Shown here: positions 1-11,619 of the stretch, piece after piece
Position numbering within the stretch: the first letter of the stretch is position 1
How the letters are laid out: each line of letters begins with the position of its first letter
DNA from: Lama glama
Lineage: Eukaryota
Length of the DNA: 64,000 nt
Assembly (NCBI GenBank): GCA_028534125.1
Contig: CM052817.1
Span: 72,480,001-72,544,000 of the forward strand
Reading direction: 5' to 3'
Translations under genes and position numbers: made by a program
Notes under the pieces: model-generated
The model's database searches: none
The model's input: only the letters and a program-made list of their open reading frames with translations
What the model was told of the DNA's origin: nothing

Positions 1-3000
1 GTTCAATATCAGCGGAAGGATATGTCTCACAAATGTCTTAAACGTCGCACCAAACACCATCACTGAACAGGAAATGAATGCTTTGGTTGAGCAGGTCCAG
101 AGGAAAATAGTATAAATTATACACTTGCACATCAATTACAAGCAGTTAGAGGTTATTTGTTTAAATGGCTTCCATACCACTAGGTTCTGAATGATGGGGG
201 TTGTTTGGGTTTATCAATGATTCTCAATCACCTGCCCTTAATTACAGACTGCTTTCCAAACCTATAGTTAGGAGTATTAAAGTGAATGTTCCTGTCATCT
301 GAATCAGGGTGTGGAGCTGTTTGGGTCACCAGGTTAAAAGGGAATCCCTCTATACAGATCCCAGGGACTGATGCTGGTGATCACTTTCTCTACTTACTAC
401 TGTTGTACTGAGTTAAGTCAGGACATACTGCATAGCTCTTCATGGAATGGCTGAAGTTAACTTAAAGTAACTTAAACTACTCCTATTCAATGGTAGAAGT
501 AAAACTGGCCTTATTGCCCTTGACCTTTCCTGAATCACTTTTCTGGATTAATATTGTTATGGGCATCACATCTGGAATTAAACAACTCAATTTACTATGA
601 TAACTTTTGAAAGATTTGATTAATCTAAGAACATAAAACATAAAACAGTTCTTATTTCTCGAGAATCAGAAACATAAAGTGTGTCACACTGCTGAGGAAA
701 ATTCTTGTCTAGGATTTCCAGGACTTATCATCAGAGATTTAAGAAGAGAAAATATGTGATAGTGAGTTGATACAGGAATGTGAAATGATTTGGAAGATGT
801 GTCTTGATTTGTAGGGAAATCCAGATACTATATAGACCACAAAGCTATGCCTGACCCCACCCAAGAGACATTGAAAACTTCTTGCTTCTTAAAAAATTGG
901 AAACTAGCTAGAGTGCGTGTGTGTATTTGAAACTTGGTTGTATAGCACCTGTAATTAAATAATATTTCTTTTGACTCCTGTGATTCTGTTTCTTATACTC
1001 ATGGAATCAATGTGTGATATAAGGAAACCACTCATCAACAATTTTTTTTAACAGAGTGAATAAATGTATCCAGTAATCTCATGTCTTTATCTTGCCACTA
1101 CTGAAATGCTTTAGGACTTTTATTCATAAACACAAGGAGATTAAAATCACAGGATGTCATACATATATTTTATTAAAATACCAAAATTAAATCCATTCAA
1201 CAGTTAAATGTAATTCTATTGATATTTTGTGTGATAATCATTGTTTCTAAATCTGTTTCAAATTATCAACAAGTCTCACTGAAATTGTGCTCTAGAGGAC
1301 ACGCCGGGAGCATGCAGCACCACAGTGTAGAAGTGGATGATTTCATGAGAACTAAATGAAAATCTATGTGGAAAAGCAGACTTTTCCCTGACAGTAAGTG
1401 GAAATAACAAGATAATATTGTAATTGCATTTAACATAAACACTGTCTCAAGGCAATTCTTTCGGAGATTACTAAACCTTAATATTCAATTTTAATTCTGA
1501 AAATTTAGAACCACTAAATGCAATGGGATGGGTAATTCACTCCTAACATTTTTCCTACTTCCTTTTTTCATAACATATTTGGAAAAAAAATAGACACAGA
1601 TAAAAATTCTAAAAATTTTTCCAAGTAAAGCAATTGCTCAAGTAAAATATGCCATTGAGAAGACAAAATGAAAAAATGAAAGTTCCCAGGTATTCTGTAA
1701 AGTTTCTTTTCACACATTTAACAGTATGCCAGATAAAGAAGAACATATTTATAAAATATTGAAAAGTAAGAAAAATATCATGAAACCTTAATAAATACTG
1801 TACATAATATTACTTTTCTTTTCCAGGTTGAAAATCTGCTAGATTTCCTCCAGTAAATATTTGTCATCTATTTGACATGTTTACATGTTAATTACATCCA
1901 ATTCAACAGTGTATTTTTGAGCACAGGGAAATTTTCTATTGGAAACTTTGGGTGATAGAAAAGTGAACAACTTTCAGAAAGACTATACCTTAGGTATTCC
2001 CAATTTTCAGTGCAGTGGCTTGCTAAACTTCTTTTATAGTAACGTGCTGTTTAAGCATTAAGCATTCTGAGGCATTGTCCCAAATATGTACCTTCAGCAT
2101 CAGAATGTAATAATATAAAATCAAGTAAATGCACTTTTTATAATTTATTATTTCCTTTTTTTAGAGATATATTTGTGGTAAGTGCACTTACTTTGTAATA
2201 ATATCTTTTTCAAGAATTCTTTTTGTAGGTCCAATCCAAAATTCTCAAATTTTTCTTTAGATATAAAATACCTTTAGGCACAGCTCAAACTTTATGCCCA
2301 AATCGGTTTACTAATACTGGAATTAAATACTGGTTTTCTCAGACACACACACTTTGTATATAGAAAGTCATAAATATTTTATGTATAATAGATATGGTTG
2401 CAATGTGGATTAACAAGTTCATAATATTTTGATGTTAATTTAGATCTATATTCAAAGAAAAATAAACTTAAAAATTTCAAATCTATATCAAATTGCAAAT
2501 GTTTTATTTTAAAATAAACTCTTATGGAAAATATTCAATGTTGCTAGATCGCAAACTAAAAAATAAACCTTTATGAATAAGAGAATAACTAGTTACTTTA
2601 AATTAGCTACTAAACTATAAGGTTATATCAGGAAAAAGCTGAGCAAGAATATTTCTAACCCTTTTGGTGACAGCTAAATGTTTCAAAACACTCTCAGTCC
2701 CTAGAACATTATAGCAAGTGAAAACACAATTTTTTAATTTAAATTTAATTCATTTTATTAAACAATTTGGAAATCTTTGAGAAGTATTTATACTTTGCAA
2801 GCATATTTTAAAAATAAAATAGAATAAAAGATGTATCCCCTTAAAGTTTGTTACTAATCTAATAATTCTGTTCAGTTGGAGACTGGCTTTCTTTTCTGAC
2901 TCTACATTGATCCCACCCATCTTTAAAATTTTAGATTCAATTTCCAAATCTTAACTCTAATTTGTTTCCCCTTTTATTATTGATCTTGGCACCCAGCAGC

Positions 3001-5007
3001 TCCACCACACCGCTCCTAACACCCATTCCTTCTTCTACCCTCTTACATACTCAGAGATTTTTCCTATGATGGAGATAAAAATAAGAGGACTTAATTTAAT
3101 GTCCTATGACATCAAGGTTTTTAAATATTTATCCAGGTAAGTAACGCTGTATATCCCCTCTTAAATTAGAAAAATTGGACCCAGCATAGAGTGTGGTATT
3201 AATAGAGAGAGAGAGGATGAAAGAGAGACTGAGACATATTGATATGATAACAAGTAATTATTAACTGTACTCTTTGGCATCCTAATTTATCTGCAGCCTT
3301 ACAAGTTTGTCTCTGTGGTTGCCAAGGAGAGTTCAGGTGAAAGCAAAGACAGCTTGAGCCCACAATCCATTTTAAGGATTACAGGACTTATTAGTACATT
3401 AATAAAGGAGAGAAGTATTAGGCATGTATAAACACGTAAAAATTGATTAAGGTATCTCCATTCACTTCTTTAAGAAAAAAAAGTAGAAGAAAAGAAAGAA
3501 CTTTACACAGATTGTGCTAAGAAACCCTTGGATTCAATGTTGAACTATAAATATTTTGTTTTTGTCTGTTTTGAGTGAATGGACTAGACCAAAAAATAAA
3601 AGGCTAAGTTTGAAATTTTCCTTTTATAATAATGTACACAAAACTTGCCAGTACAGAAATAGATTTTACAGGGCCTTAAGATTAAAGAGAAATTACTCAA
3701 ATGCTTTTTAATGCCAGAATATCAAAATGTCTTCAAATAATCAACATAATAATAGACAAAATTTCTTTAAAGCATAGTTTATCGATGTCATTATTTGCAA
3801 CCTGTTCTATCTCAACTACTGATGTACTCAAAGAAAAATAGGAGGAAAAAGCATACTTTTCACTTTTAGGAATTTAACATTTATTTGGGTGAGCAACTCT
3901 TATGCCCATGAAAAAGCCTAAGACTGAATTTTAAAAAATGTAAACATGTAGAAATTACATAGCTTCTTCCTACCTGTTGAGGAACAGATAGATATGTAAA
4001 TGATTTAAAATTCTTAACGCTACCTATGGATTTTACTTTTCACAGTGTTTTTAAAATACTTGTATAAATTGAATTTCTCTAAATTGAATAATATTTTCAA
4101 AGCAGGAGATGAGATTTAGCAACCCGAATACTCAAATTAGTCTTTCTACAATGTGAAAATCCTTTTACAAAGGAAATAAATTTCCATGAATTATGTAATT
4201 TCTAAATTTGGATTTTTATCGGTTTCTTAATATACATCTAATTAAAAGTAAAAAGGTCATATGTTTAACCTACATGTGCTTAAAAATAAACCATTCTATT
4301 ACTATATTAAAATATATTTATTAATTTCATATATCTATTAAAAATATTTAACAAATTTTCAATGAAGGAAAACATCAATTCAATAACATGGTTTTGACTT
4401 TTAACATTTCACAGGCTTTATAATGCTTTATTTAATCTGTATCTTTAGTTTTATCACCAAAAACCACAGATGAATCAGCTTTCATTTGTAAATATAATTG
4501 CCACCACTGCAAGCTTGTAAATAATAATGAAGAATAATATTTATTGTGATACCTAGTTACTATGGATTGTGGATTATTAGTTATATAATATAGTATTTAC
4601 CAATTATCCTAGTACCTATGCTGGGTTATTGGCTGTAAAATTGATTACATTTCCAATTTACCAAGGATTAAAACTTTTTGTCCCAAAGAGGATATGTGGA
4701 AACATGAAGCTTAATTAAGTCCTAAAAGATTAGCTCTAGAATATGTGTTTTTACTGTCAGCAAGTTTTAACCAAGTAAGAGAGAAAATATAATACCTCCT
4801 CCCCCTATCTAGATAGTGCCTGCTCTCCTACATACATTCCGACTGGTTTTCAGAGTTGATTTGTTAATTATACCAATAACGCTCCAGCCTCTACCACTAA
4901 CATATATTGGCAGAGATGGTCAAAACCCATACATAGGCTCCCCATGAGGGAAGGAGGGGACTCAGCTCTGTAATACAGAGTTTGGGATGTGGGGGATCAC
5001 CTCACAT

Positions 5008-5170
5008 GGTAATCCTCAAAATGTAATGTGCATACTAATTATCTGGAGAACTGGCAAAAATGTGGGTTCTGATTCAGTAAGTCTGACGTGGGGCTTGAAA
5101 GTTTGCACTTTTAACAAGTTCCCAAGTAACCCAGATGCTATAATGGTACATCGACTGCATTTTGTGTATA
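5008..5170. mobile_element. MER5-type hAT-Charlie DNA transposon relic
   Basis: Contains 'ttctgattcagtaagtctg...gggcttgaaagtttgcacttttaacaagttcccaagt', typical of the MER5A/B consensus. Confidence 0.75.
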
Positions 5171-5479
5171 ATAATTTTATTTTACAAATGAGAAAACTGA
5201 GTCCTGGACAGGCTGTATTTCAGAAATGGGCTTGGTTCTTAGATAAACATTAGTCCAACATAATAACAACAACAAAAAAAAACAAGTAACAACAACAACA
5301 AAAAACTACACCCTGTAGTAATCTTCACTGGAAGATGTTGAATAGAAATCATGCGTCGAACATATTTTCATCGGCCACAACCACCACCACAGGGTTTTTT
5401 CTATAATGGGGTTTATTGAATAAATACTCCCTGAAGGAATTAAACATCAGAAAGTTTGCCTTTGATTTCATCTCACTGA

Positions 5480-5625
5480 GAATCCACAATCCATCTGTAA
5501 TCCCTGCCCAAGCAGTTTCTCTTCCAGTTCTTCATACTACTAAAGGCACCTACCTTGTCCACACAGCTGCATATGACAGAAACTTGGAAGTCATCCATTA
5601 CATGGCCCTGTCTCCAGACATCTAA
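5480..5625 (+). mobile_element. L2 LINE fragment
   Basis: 'ggcacctaccttgtccacacagctgc...agaaacttggaagtcatcc' resembles the L2 3' region; degraded. Confidence 0.5.
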
Positions 5626-6820
5626 CAAGTGGAAGTTGCAGGATACAATATTAATATGCAGAAATCTGCTGCTCTCCTATACACTAATAATGAACTGTCA
5701 GAAAGAGAAAGTAAAACAACAATCTTGTTTAAAATCACATCAAAAAGAAAATACCCAGGAATAAATGTAACCAAGGAGGTGAAAGACCTATACTCTGAAA
5801 ACTATAAAACACTGATGAAGGAAATAGAAGATGATACAGAGAAATGAAAAGATATTCCATGCTATGGGGTTGAAAGAATTAAAATTATCAAAATGACTGT
5901 AATATCCAAAGCAATCCACAGACTTAATGCAATCCCTAGCAAAAGATCTATGACATTTTTCACAGAACTAGAACAAATAAGCCTAAAATTCATGTAGAAA
6001 CACAAAAGACCCCGGATTGCCAAAGAAATATTGGGAAAAAAGAACAAAGCTAGAGGTATCACCCTTCTAGACTTCAGACTATACTAAAAGCTACAGTAAT
6101 CAAAACAGCACAGTACTGGCACAAAAACAGACACATGGATTAATACAATAAAATAGAGAGCCAGAAATAAACACATGCACTTATGATTAATTAATCTATG
6201 ATAAAAGAGGCAAGAATATACAACGGAGAAAAGACAGTCTCTTCAATAAGTGGTGCTGGGAAAACTGGACAGCTACATGTAGAATAATGAGATTAGAACA
6301 TTTTCTCACATCATATACAAAAATAAACTCAAAATAGATTAAGGACCTAAATGTAAGACCTAAAACCATAAAACTCCTAGAAGACAACATAGGCAGAACA
6401 CTCTTTGATATAAATTGTAGCAGTTTTTTTCAGATCAGTCTCCTAAGTCAAAAGAAACAAAAGCAAAAATTAACAAATAGAACCTAATTAAAACTTAAAG
6501 TTTTTGCACAGCAAAGGAAACTATCAACAAAAAAAAAAACGATAACCTAGGGATAGGGAGAAAATATTTGCAAATGATATGACCAATTAAGGGTTAATAC
6601 ACAAACTATAAAAACAGCTCATATAACTCAATATCAAAAATCAAACAATGCAATCAAAAAATGGACAAAAAACTTGGACAGACATTTTTCCAAAGAAGAC
6701 ACAGATGGCTAATAGGCCCATGAAAAGATGCTCAACATTACCAGGGAAATGCAAATCAGATGCAAATCAATCCAATGAGATATCACCTCACACCTGTCAG
6801 AATGGCTATCGAAAAGTCTA

Positions 6821-7359
6821 TATTCATAGCGGCACTATTTGCAATAGCCAAGACATGGAAACAGCCTAAATGTCCATCGACAGATGACTGGATAAAGAAA
6901 TTGTGGTATATTTATACAATGGAATACTATTCAGCCATAAAAACGGACAACATAATGTCATTTGCAGTAACATGGATGTTACTGGAAAATGTCATTCTAA
7001 GTGAAGTAAGATACAAAGAAAAATACCATATGAGATAGCTCACATGCAGAATCTAAAAAAAAAAACCAAAAACATAAATACAAAACAGAAACAGACTCAT
7101 AGACATACAATACAAACTTGTGGTTGCCAGGGGGACAGGGGTGGAAAGGAAATGGTATTTCAAAATGTAGAATAGATCAACAAGATTGTACTGTGTAGCA
7201 CAGGGAAATATATACAGGATCTTGTGGTGGCTCACAGCAAAAAAGAATGTGACAACGAATGTATGTATGTTCATATATAACTGAAAAATTGTGCTCTACA
7301 CTGGAATCTGACACAACATTGTAAAATGACTATAACTCAATAAAAAATGTTAAAAAAAA
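6821..7359 (+). mobile_element. Younger 5'-truncated L1 (camelid-type 3'UTR) nested in the older L1
   Basis: ORF2 C-terminus [40 protein letters not shown], then 3'UTR and tail; 10-bp TSD gaaaagtcta at 6811-6820 and 7360-7369. Confidence 0.93.
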
Positions 7360-7368
7360 GAAAAGTCT

Positions 7369-7440
7369 ACAAATGACAAACGTTGGTGAGGATGTGGCAA
7401 AAAGACAAATAGCAAATGTTGGTGAGGATGTGGCAAAAAA
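7369..7440 (+). repeat. 36-bp tandem duplication inside L1 ORF2
   Basis: acaaatgacaaacgttggtgaggatgtggcaaaaag followed by acaaatagcaaatgttggtgaggatgtggcaaaaaa. Confidence 0.9.
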
Positions 7441-9244
7441 AGAGCCCTTGTACATTATTGGTAGGAGTGTAAGTTGGTGCAGCCACTATGGAAAACAGTA
7501 TGGAGATTCTTCAAAAAAACCGTATGGCCCAGCAACTTCACTCCTGGATATACATTCAGGAAAAAAAAGAAAAGAAAAGAAAACATTAATTCAGAAAGGT
7601 ATATGCACCCCAATGTTCATAGCTGCACTATTTACAACAGCCAAGATATGGAAGTAACCCAAGTGTTCATCAACAGACAAATGGACAAAAAATATGTGAT
7701 ACCTATCTATCTATCTAGATATCTATTCAGATAGATAGATAGATATAATGAAATATTACTCAGCCATAAAAAATGAAATTTTTTCATTTGCAGCAATGTG
7801 GATGACCTGTTAGGTTTAGTGAAATAAGTCAAAGACAGACATGATATGATATGATATCACTTGTATGTGGAATCTAAAAAATAATACAAACAAATGTATA
7901 CAGCAAAACAGAAAGAGACTCACAGACATAGAAAACAAACTAGGGGTTACTACTGGGGAGAAGGAAGGGGAGCGGGCCTGTTAAGAGTTATGGGATTAAG
8001 AGATACAAACTACTATGCATAAAATAGATAAGCAACAAGGATATATTGTATAGAACAGGGAATTATAGCCATTATCATTAACTTTTCATGGAGTTTAAAC
8101 CTTAAAAATACTGAAACACTATGCTGTACACCTGAAACTAATATAATATTGTAAATCAACTATATTTCAATTAAAAAAGAAAGAAAGAAAATAACCCTTA
8201 TGAAGGGCATGCCATAGCCAGCTTCGGCAAACACCTGATGAATTGCCTATGTGACATCCAGAGATAAGAAGAGCCGTGTATACACAGCATAGGCCCTGGG
8301 GAGGTTCGGCATGTGTCCTCATCTGACTTGTCTCTTTCTTGGCAACTTGAGCCATGCTTTTCTTCTTGCAACCTTCTCCTCCCTTGACCACCACGTCTCT
8401 GTGGCTCTTGTATTTCTGCAGCTACTCCTTCTTATAACTCTTTTATGCCAATTAATAAAGGCATAATGCTCTTTTTAGAAATCATGGATAGATTATGGTA
8501 TGCATTATATTCACAGTTAGGTATTAAGAAACCAGCTTATTTATTCTAATTAATTTCTACTTAGTAGGAAAAGAATTTCGCCCATTTTTAAAATGTGGAC
8601 TGGTCATCTGAAATTGTTGTTTAATGTCACTTAATTTGTGTCCTTAAATGATATACTGCCTTTTGAATACATGTGAAATGTGGATATTCACGTATACTAT
8701 TTCTTGCCTAAAGATTCTGTAACTACACAAATCTGACTGTGCCATTGCTAGAACTGTGAGTCAGTATTAGAGAAGGGGAAAAACCTTACTAAATTCAAGC
8801 CTGGAAGAAGCAAGATGTGTAGCTTTTGCAGGGAATTAAAAGGTTGTGTGAGGGAACAAATACTGGGTGCAGTGTCAACATCTCAGTTTCATTATTGTCA
8901 ATCTCTCAGATGAACTTGACCATCTAAAAGGAAGTGAGCCCTTGCCTGAACACGTGTCTAAGATAATAGCCTCTCGATTAAAAATAACCTCCCTCTCAAG
9001 AGCAGCTAAAATTTTTCTGTTCATCTTCTTACAGTATGTCTTATGAAACTAGTTGATGGCAATTTCAGTAAGTCCCATGCCCACATTTACTAGTTGTGCT
9101 TCTCTGTTTCCTAAATCTACGTTAATAAGAGAAAACAGAAGTTCCTTTGCCTACCTTATGGACATGATTGTGTCTCTTACACAATATGAATTTTCTTTCA
9201 AAATTGTTATGACATGACTGGAATGTCAGAGCTTAGCTGGCTAT

Positions 9245-9435
9245 ATACTGAGACGAGAATACCAGGGTCAAATTTTGATTCTAGTTCTTATTGACCAAAA
9301 GAACTTGGGAAACTTTGTTAATCTTTCTTAGTATCTGCATAGAGTTACTGTAATAATTTAAAAGCTGAATACAAACAAAGCATTTACATTAGTTGAGAAT
9401 ATGATAAGCGTGTATCCAATAGAAGTTACTATTAT
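9245..9435 (+). mobile_element. MIR SINE (degraded)
   Basis: 'cagggtcaaattttgattctagttcttattgacc...aacttgggaaactttgttaatctttc' core-like sequence and 'gttactattatt' end. Confidence 0.6.
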
Positions 9436-10549
9436 TACCTTTAAAAAATATGTATATGCTGTATCTCTTACACTTTTTAGAAACTATAGTAAAATATACT
9501 GTGGAATGATCCTCACACTGTAAGTTTAGCAGTTCACATGTGTAAAGATTGAAGTTGAGTGTGTATTGCCCCTAAGATTGAACAAGTTCTTAAAATTTTC
9601 ACAAGAAACATTTGACAAATGGCTGCAAGCAATATTTATCCTTGAGGGAAATAAATATTTTCTTTCTTCTTTCCTAGATGTCCAGGATCAAAGTGATGTG
9701 CCTTTATTCTTCAACTCACAACCTGAGTCCAAAATCAGCCCTCCCTCTTCTGAGTAGGGGTGAAGAGACGCACACAAAATAGAAGTGAAATTTGAGAGAA
9801 ATCTAAGAACAAAGAAATGAGAGAAACTAATGGCATGACAGACATTAATAATTTAATATTTACTCTAAAAGTCAACTATTTCAAATATACCCATAAGCCC
9901 TAAATCAGGTTTTATCTGTTACACTTTTACTCGTTTGAAATTACTTAGGAGGTTAAAGAGGCACTTGCATTTAAGATATCAAGAATGACAAGTAAATAAA
10001 TCCTCACAGAAAAGTATTAGGATCATCAATCCTTTTTATTATTCTTAAAATGGGAAACCTAATTAATTGCTGCTTTGTGTTTCTAGTTGTGTTTATTCTG
10101 CAAAATGAGCCCTCCTTAGCTAATATTTCAAATGTGCCCCCCAGGATTTCCTGAACGAAATAACAAGTATGCCAGCGTTGGCACTTACATTTCAGAAACA
10201 CCTCTTTTTAAAAATTTCTTTCGGTTACTGGCTCCGTTCACTATTTACTACTGGTAGCAGAAGATCAATGATACAATAGTACTGATTTGGGAATAAATGT
10301 TGGCTAACTTTTCCTCTCATATTACGAAGCTAGACATTATATCAAATCCTTTGGATCCATGCTTCAAGAATCCAAAAGGTCTTTGTCATTTAAGAAAATA
10401 TTCAAACAACTTCTAAACAAATGGAATTGTCTTTACTAATACAGGGCATTTGAACTGTTGTTCTTAGTCTTGAGAGGTAAATATTAAATTATATAATTCC
10501 GTAATAAATACTTTGTTATATTTTGCATAAAGGAGAAAGGTATAATGAT

Positions 10550-10735
10550 AATAACAGCAAATAACTTGTTGAGCACTCACTACGTATTAGGTGGTGTTTT
10601 CACACAATGCTTAATCATGGTGTAAGAGAATACGATTAGTATCACCAAGATACATTGTGCGATAATCAGCCCAACATCCTCAGCTAGCAGGTAAAGCAGC
10701 AAGATCAAACCCGCCGCACAACTAACTCTCTTAAG
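10550..10735 (-). mobile_element. MIR SINE (degraded)
   Basis: 'aacttgttgagcactcactacgtattagg...cagctagcaggtaaagcagcaagatcaaaccc' antisense MIR pattern. Confidence 0.6.
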
Positions 10736-11619
10736 CAGTAGAAGTTAATTTACACTGTATACAAGGAGCAATGATGGTATCAGAAATGGCACATTCTATT
10801 CTACAGCCTCATGACTGGTTGTTTACAAACTCTCCTGGGGTCAGAGATGAAAGAGAACCCCTAAGGCAGAGCAGGGTCCTAGCTGAGCCATTACAAGTGA
10901 TTAGTATCTTCTGTGACTCCATGGTTTTCTCTTTCACTTCCTTTATTCTTCTATGAATAATTTCCTCTCTGAATACTATCCTGTGACTTACGCAATAAAA
11001 GGAGCCTGTCGCTGCCTTCCTCTTGAAAGGGGTCCATTCCACATTTCTTTCTCCCCCAACCTCCACCCCTGCCCTGGGGATGTATTGGATTGAAATGTTT
11101 AGGAATACTCTGCTCCAGAATTTAGAAGTATTGCCTTAAAGAGGGATCTTGTGACTCACAGGTGGTCCAGTACAGTTTGCCTGGAAATTGCACAGGAATT
11201 GGTATCAAAGTCCAGTCAGAAATTCAGAGATTTTGTCTGATCTGTTCTGTGCACACATCCCCTGAGGGTATTTTTGGAAGTAGCTGAAGCCACTGCAGAA
11301 TGTGGGTCAAGGATTTATGGGCAGTCTTGGGATCTCCGTCATCAGCCTCTCTTTTTCGCCATGTAGTTTCCGTAACTGGTAAGCATGCCTATATGAACTG
11401 TTTTCTTGGAAGAGCTTAATGGGTGACCTCATTCTTATATTTTCTGACCACGGTTGTAGACTGGCAAAATACCACATGATCTGTTTCATTGCTCAAAAGC
11501 TTCAAGACTCAGGTATGAACTCTACTCTTGATGTATGTCTCCTTAAATTTTATACAACCCTGTATGCCGTATGTATTTTCAGTTTTTTCTGCTCTAGAAA
11601 GTGAGGTCCAAAAAGACAG

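Larger units (their letters stand above)
5628..8192 (+). mobile_element. 5'-truncated LINE-1 (ORF2 3' part, 3'UTR, A-rich tail), interrupted by a younger L1
   Basis: ORF 5629-5847 ([11 protein letters not shown]...[32 protein letters not shown]) and ORFs at 7373/7474 ([28 protein letters not shown]) are L1 ORF2 with stops and frameshifts; tail 'caattaaaaaagaaagaaagaaaa' at about 8168-8192. Confidence 0.95.

Noticed and set aside
1811..1856. Acceptor followed by VENLLDFLQ*
   Set aside because: Only an acceptor-like tract; no nearby poly(A) signal or homology, and expected by chance in AT-rich DNA.
7369..7440. 36-bp direct repeats as a CRISPR-like array
   Set aside because: Two adjacent copies with no spacer, inside L1, in a mammalian genome with no cas genes.
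5629..7734. ORFs with reverse-transcriptase-like and C-terminal L1 peptides as a functional gene or novel RT system
   Set aside because: Fragmented by stops and frameshifts and 5'-truncated; ordinary dead L1 ORF2 copies and their antisense frames.
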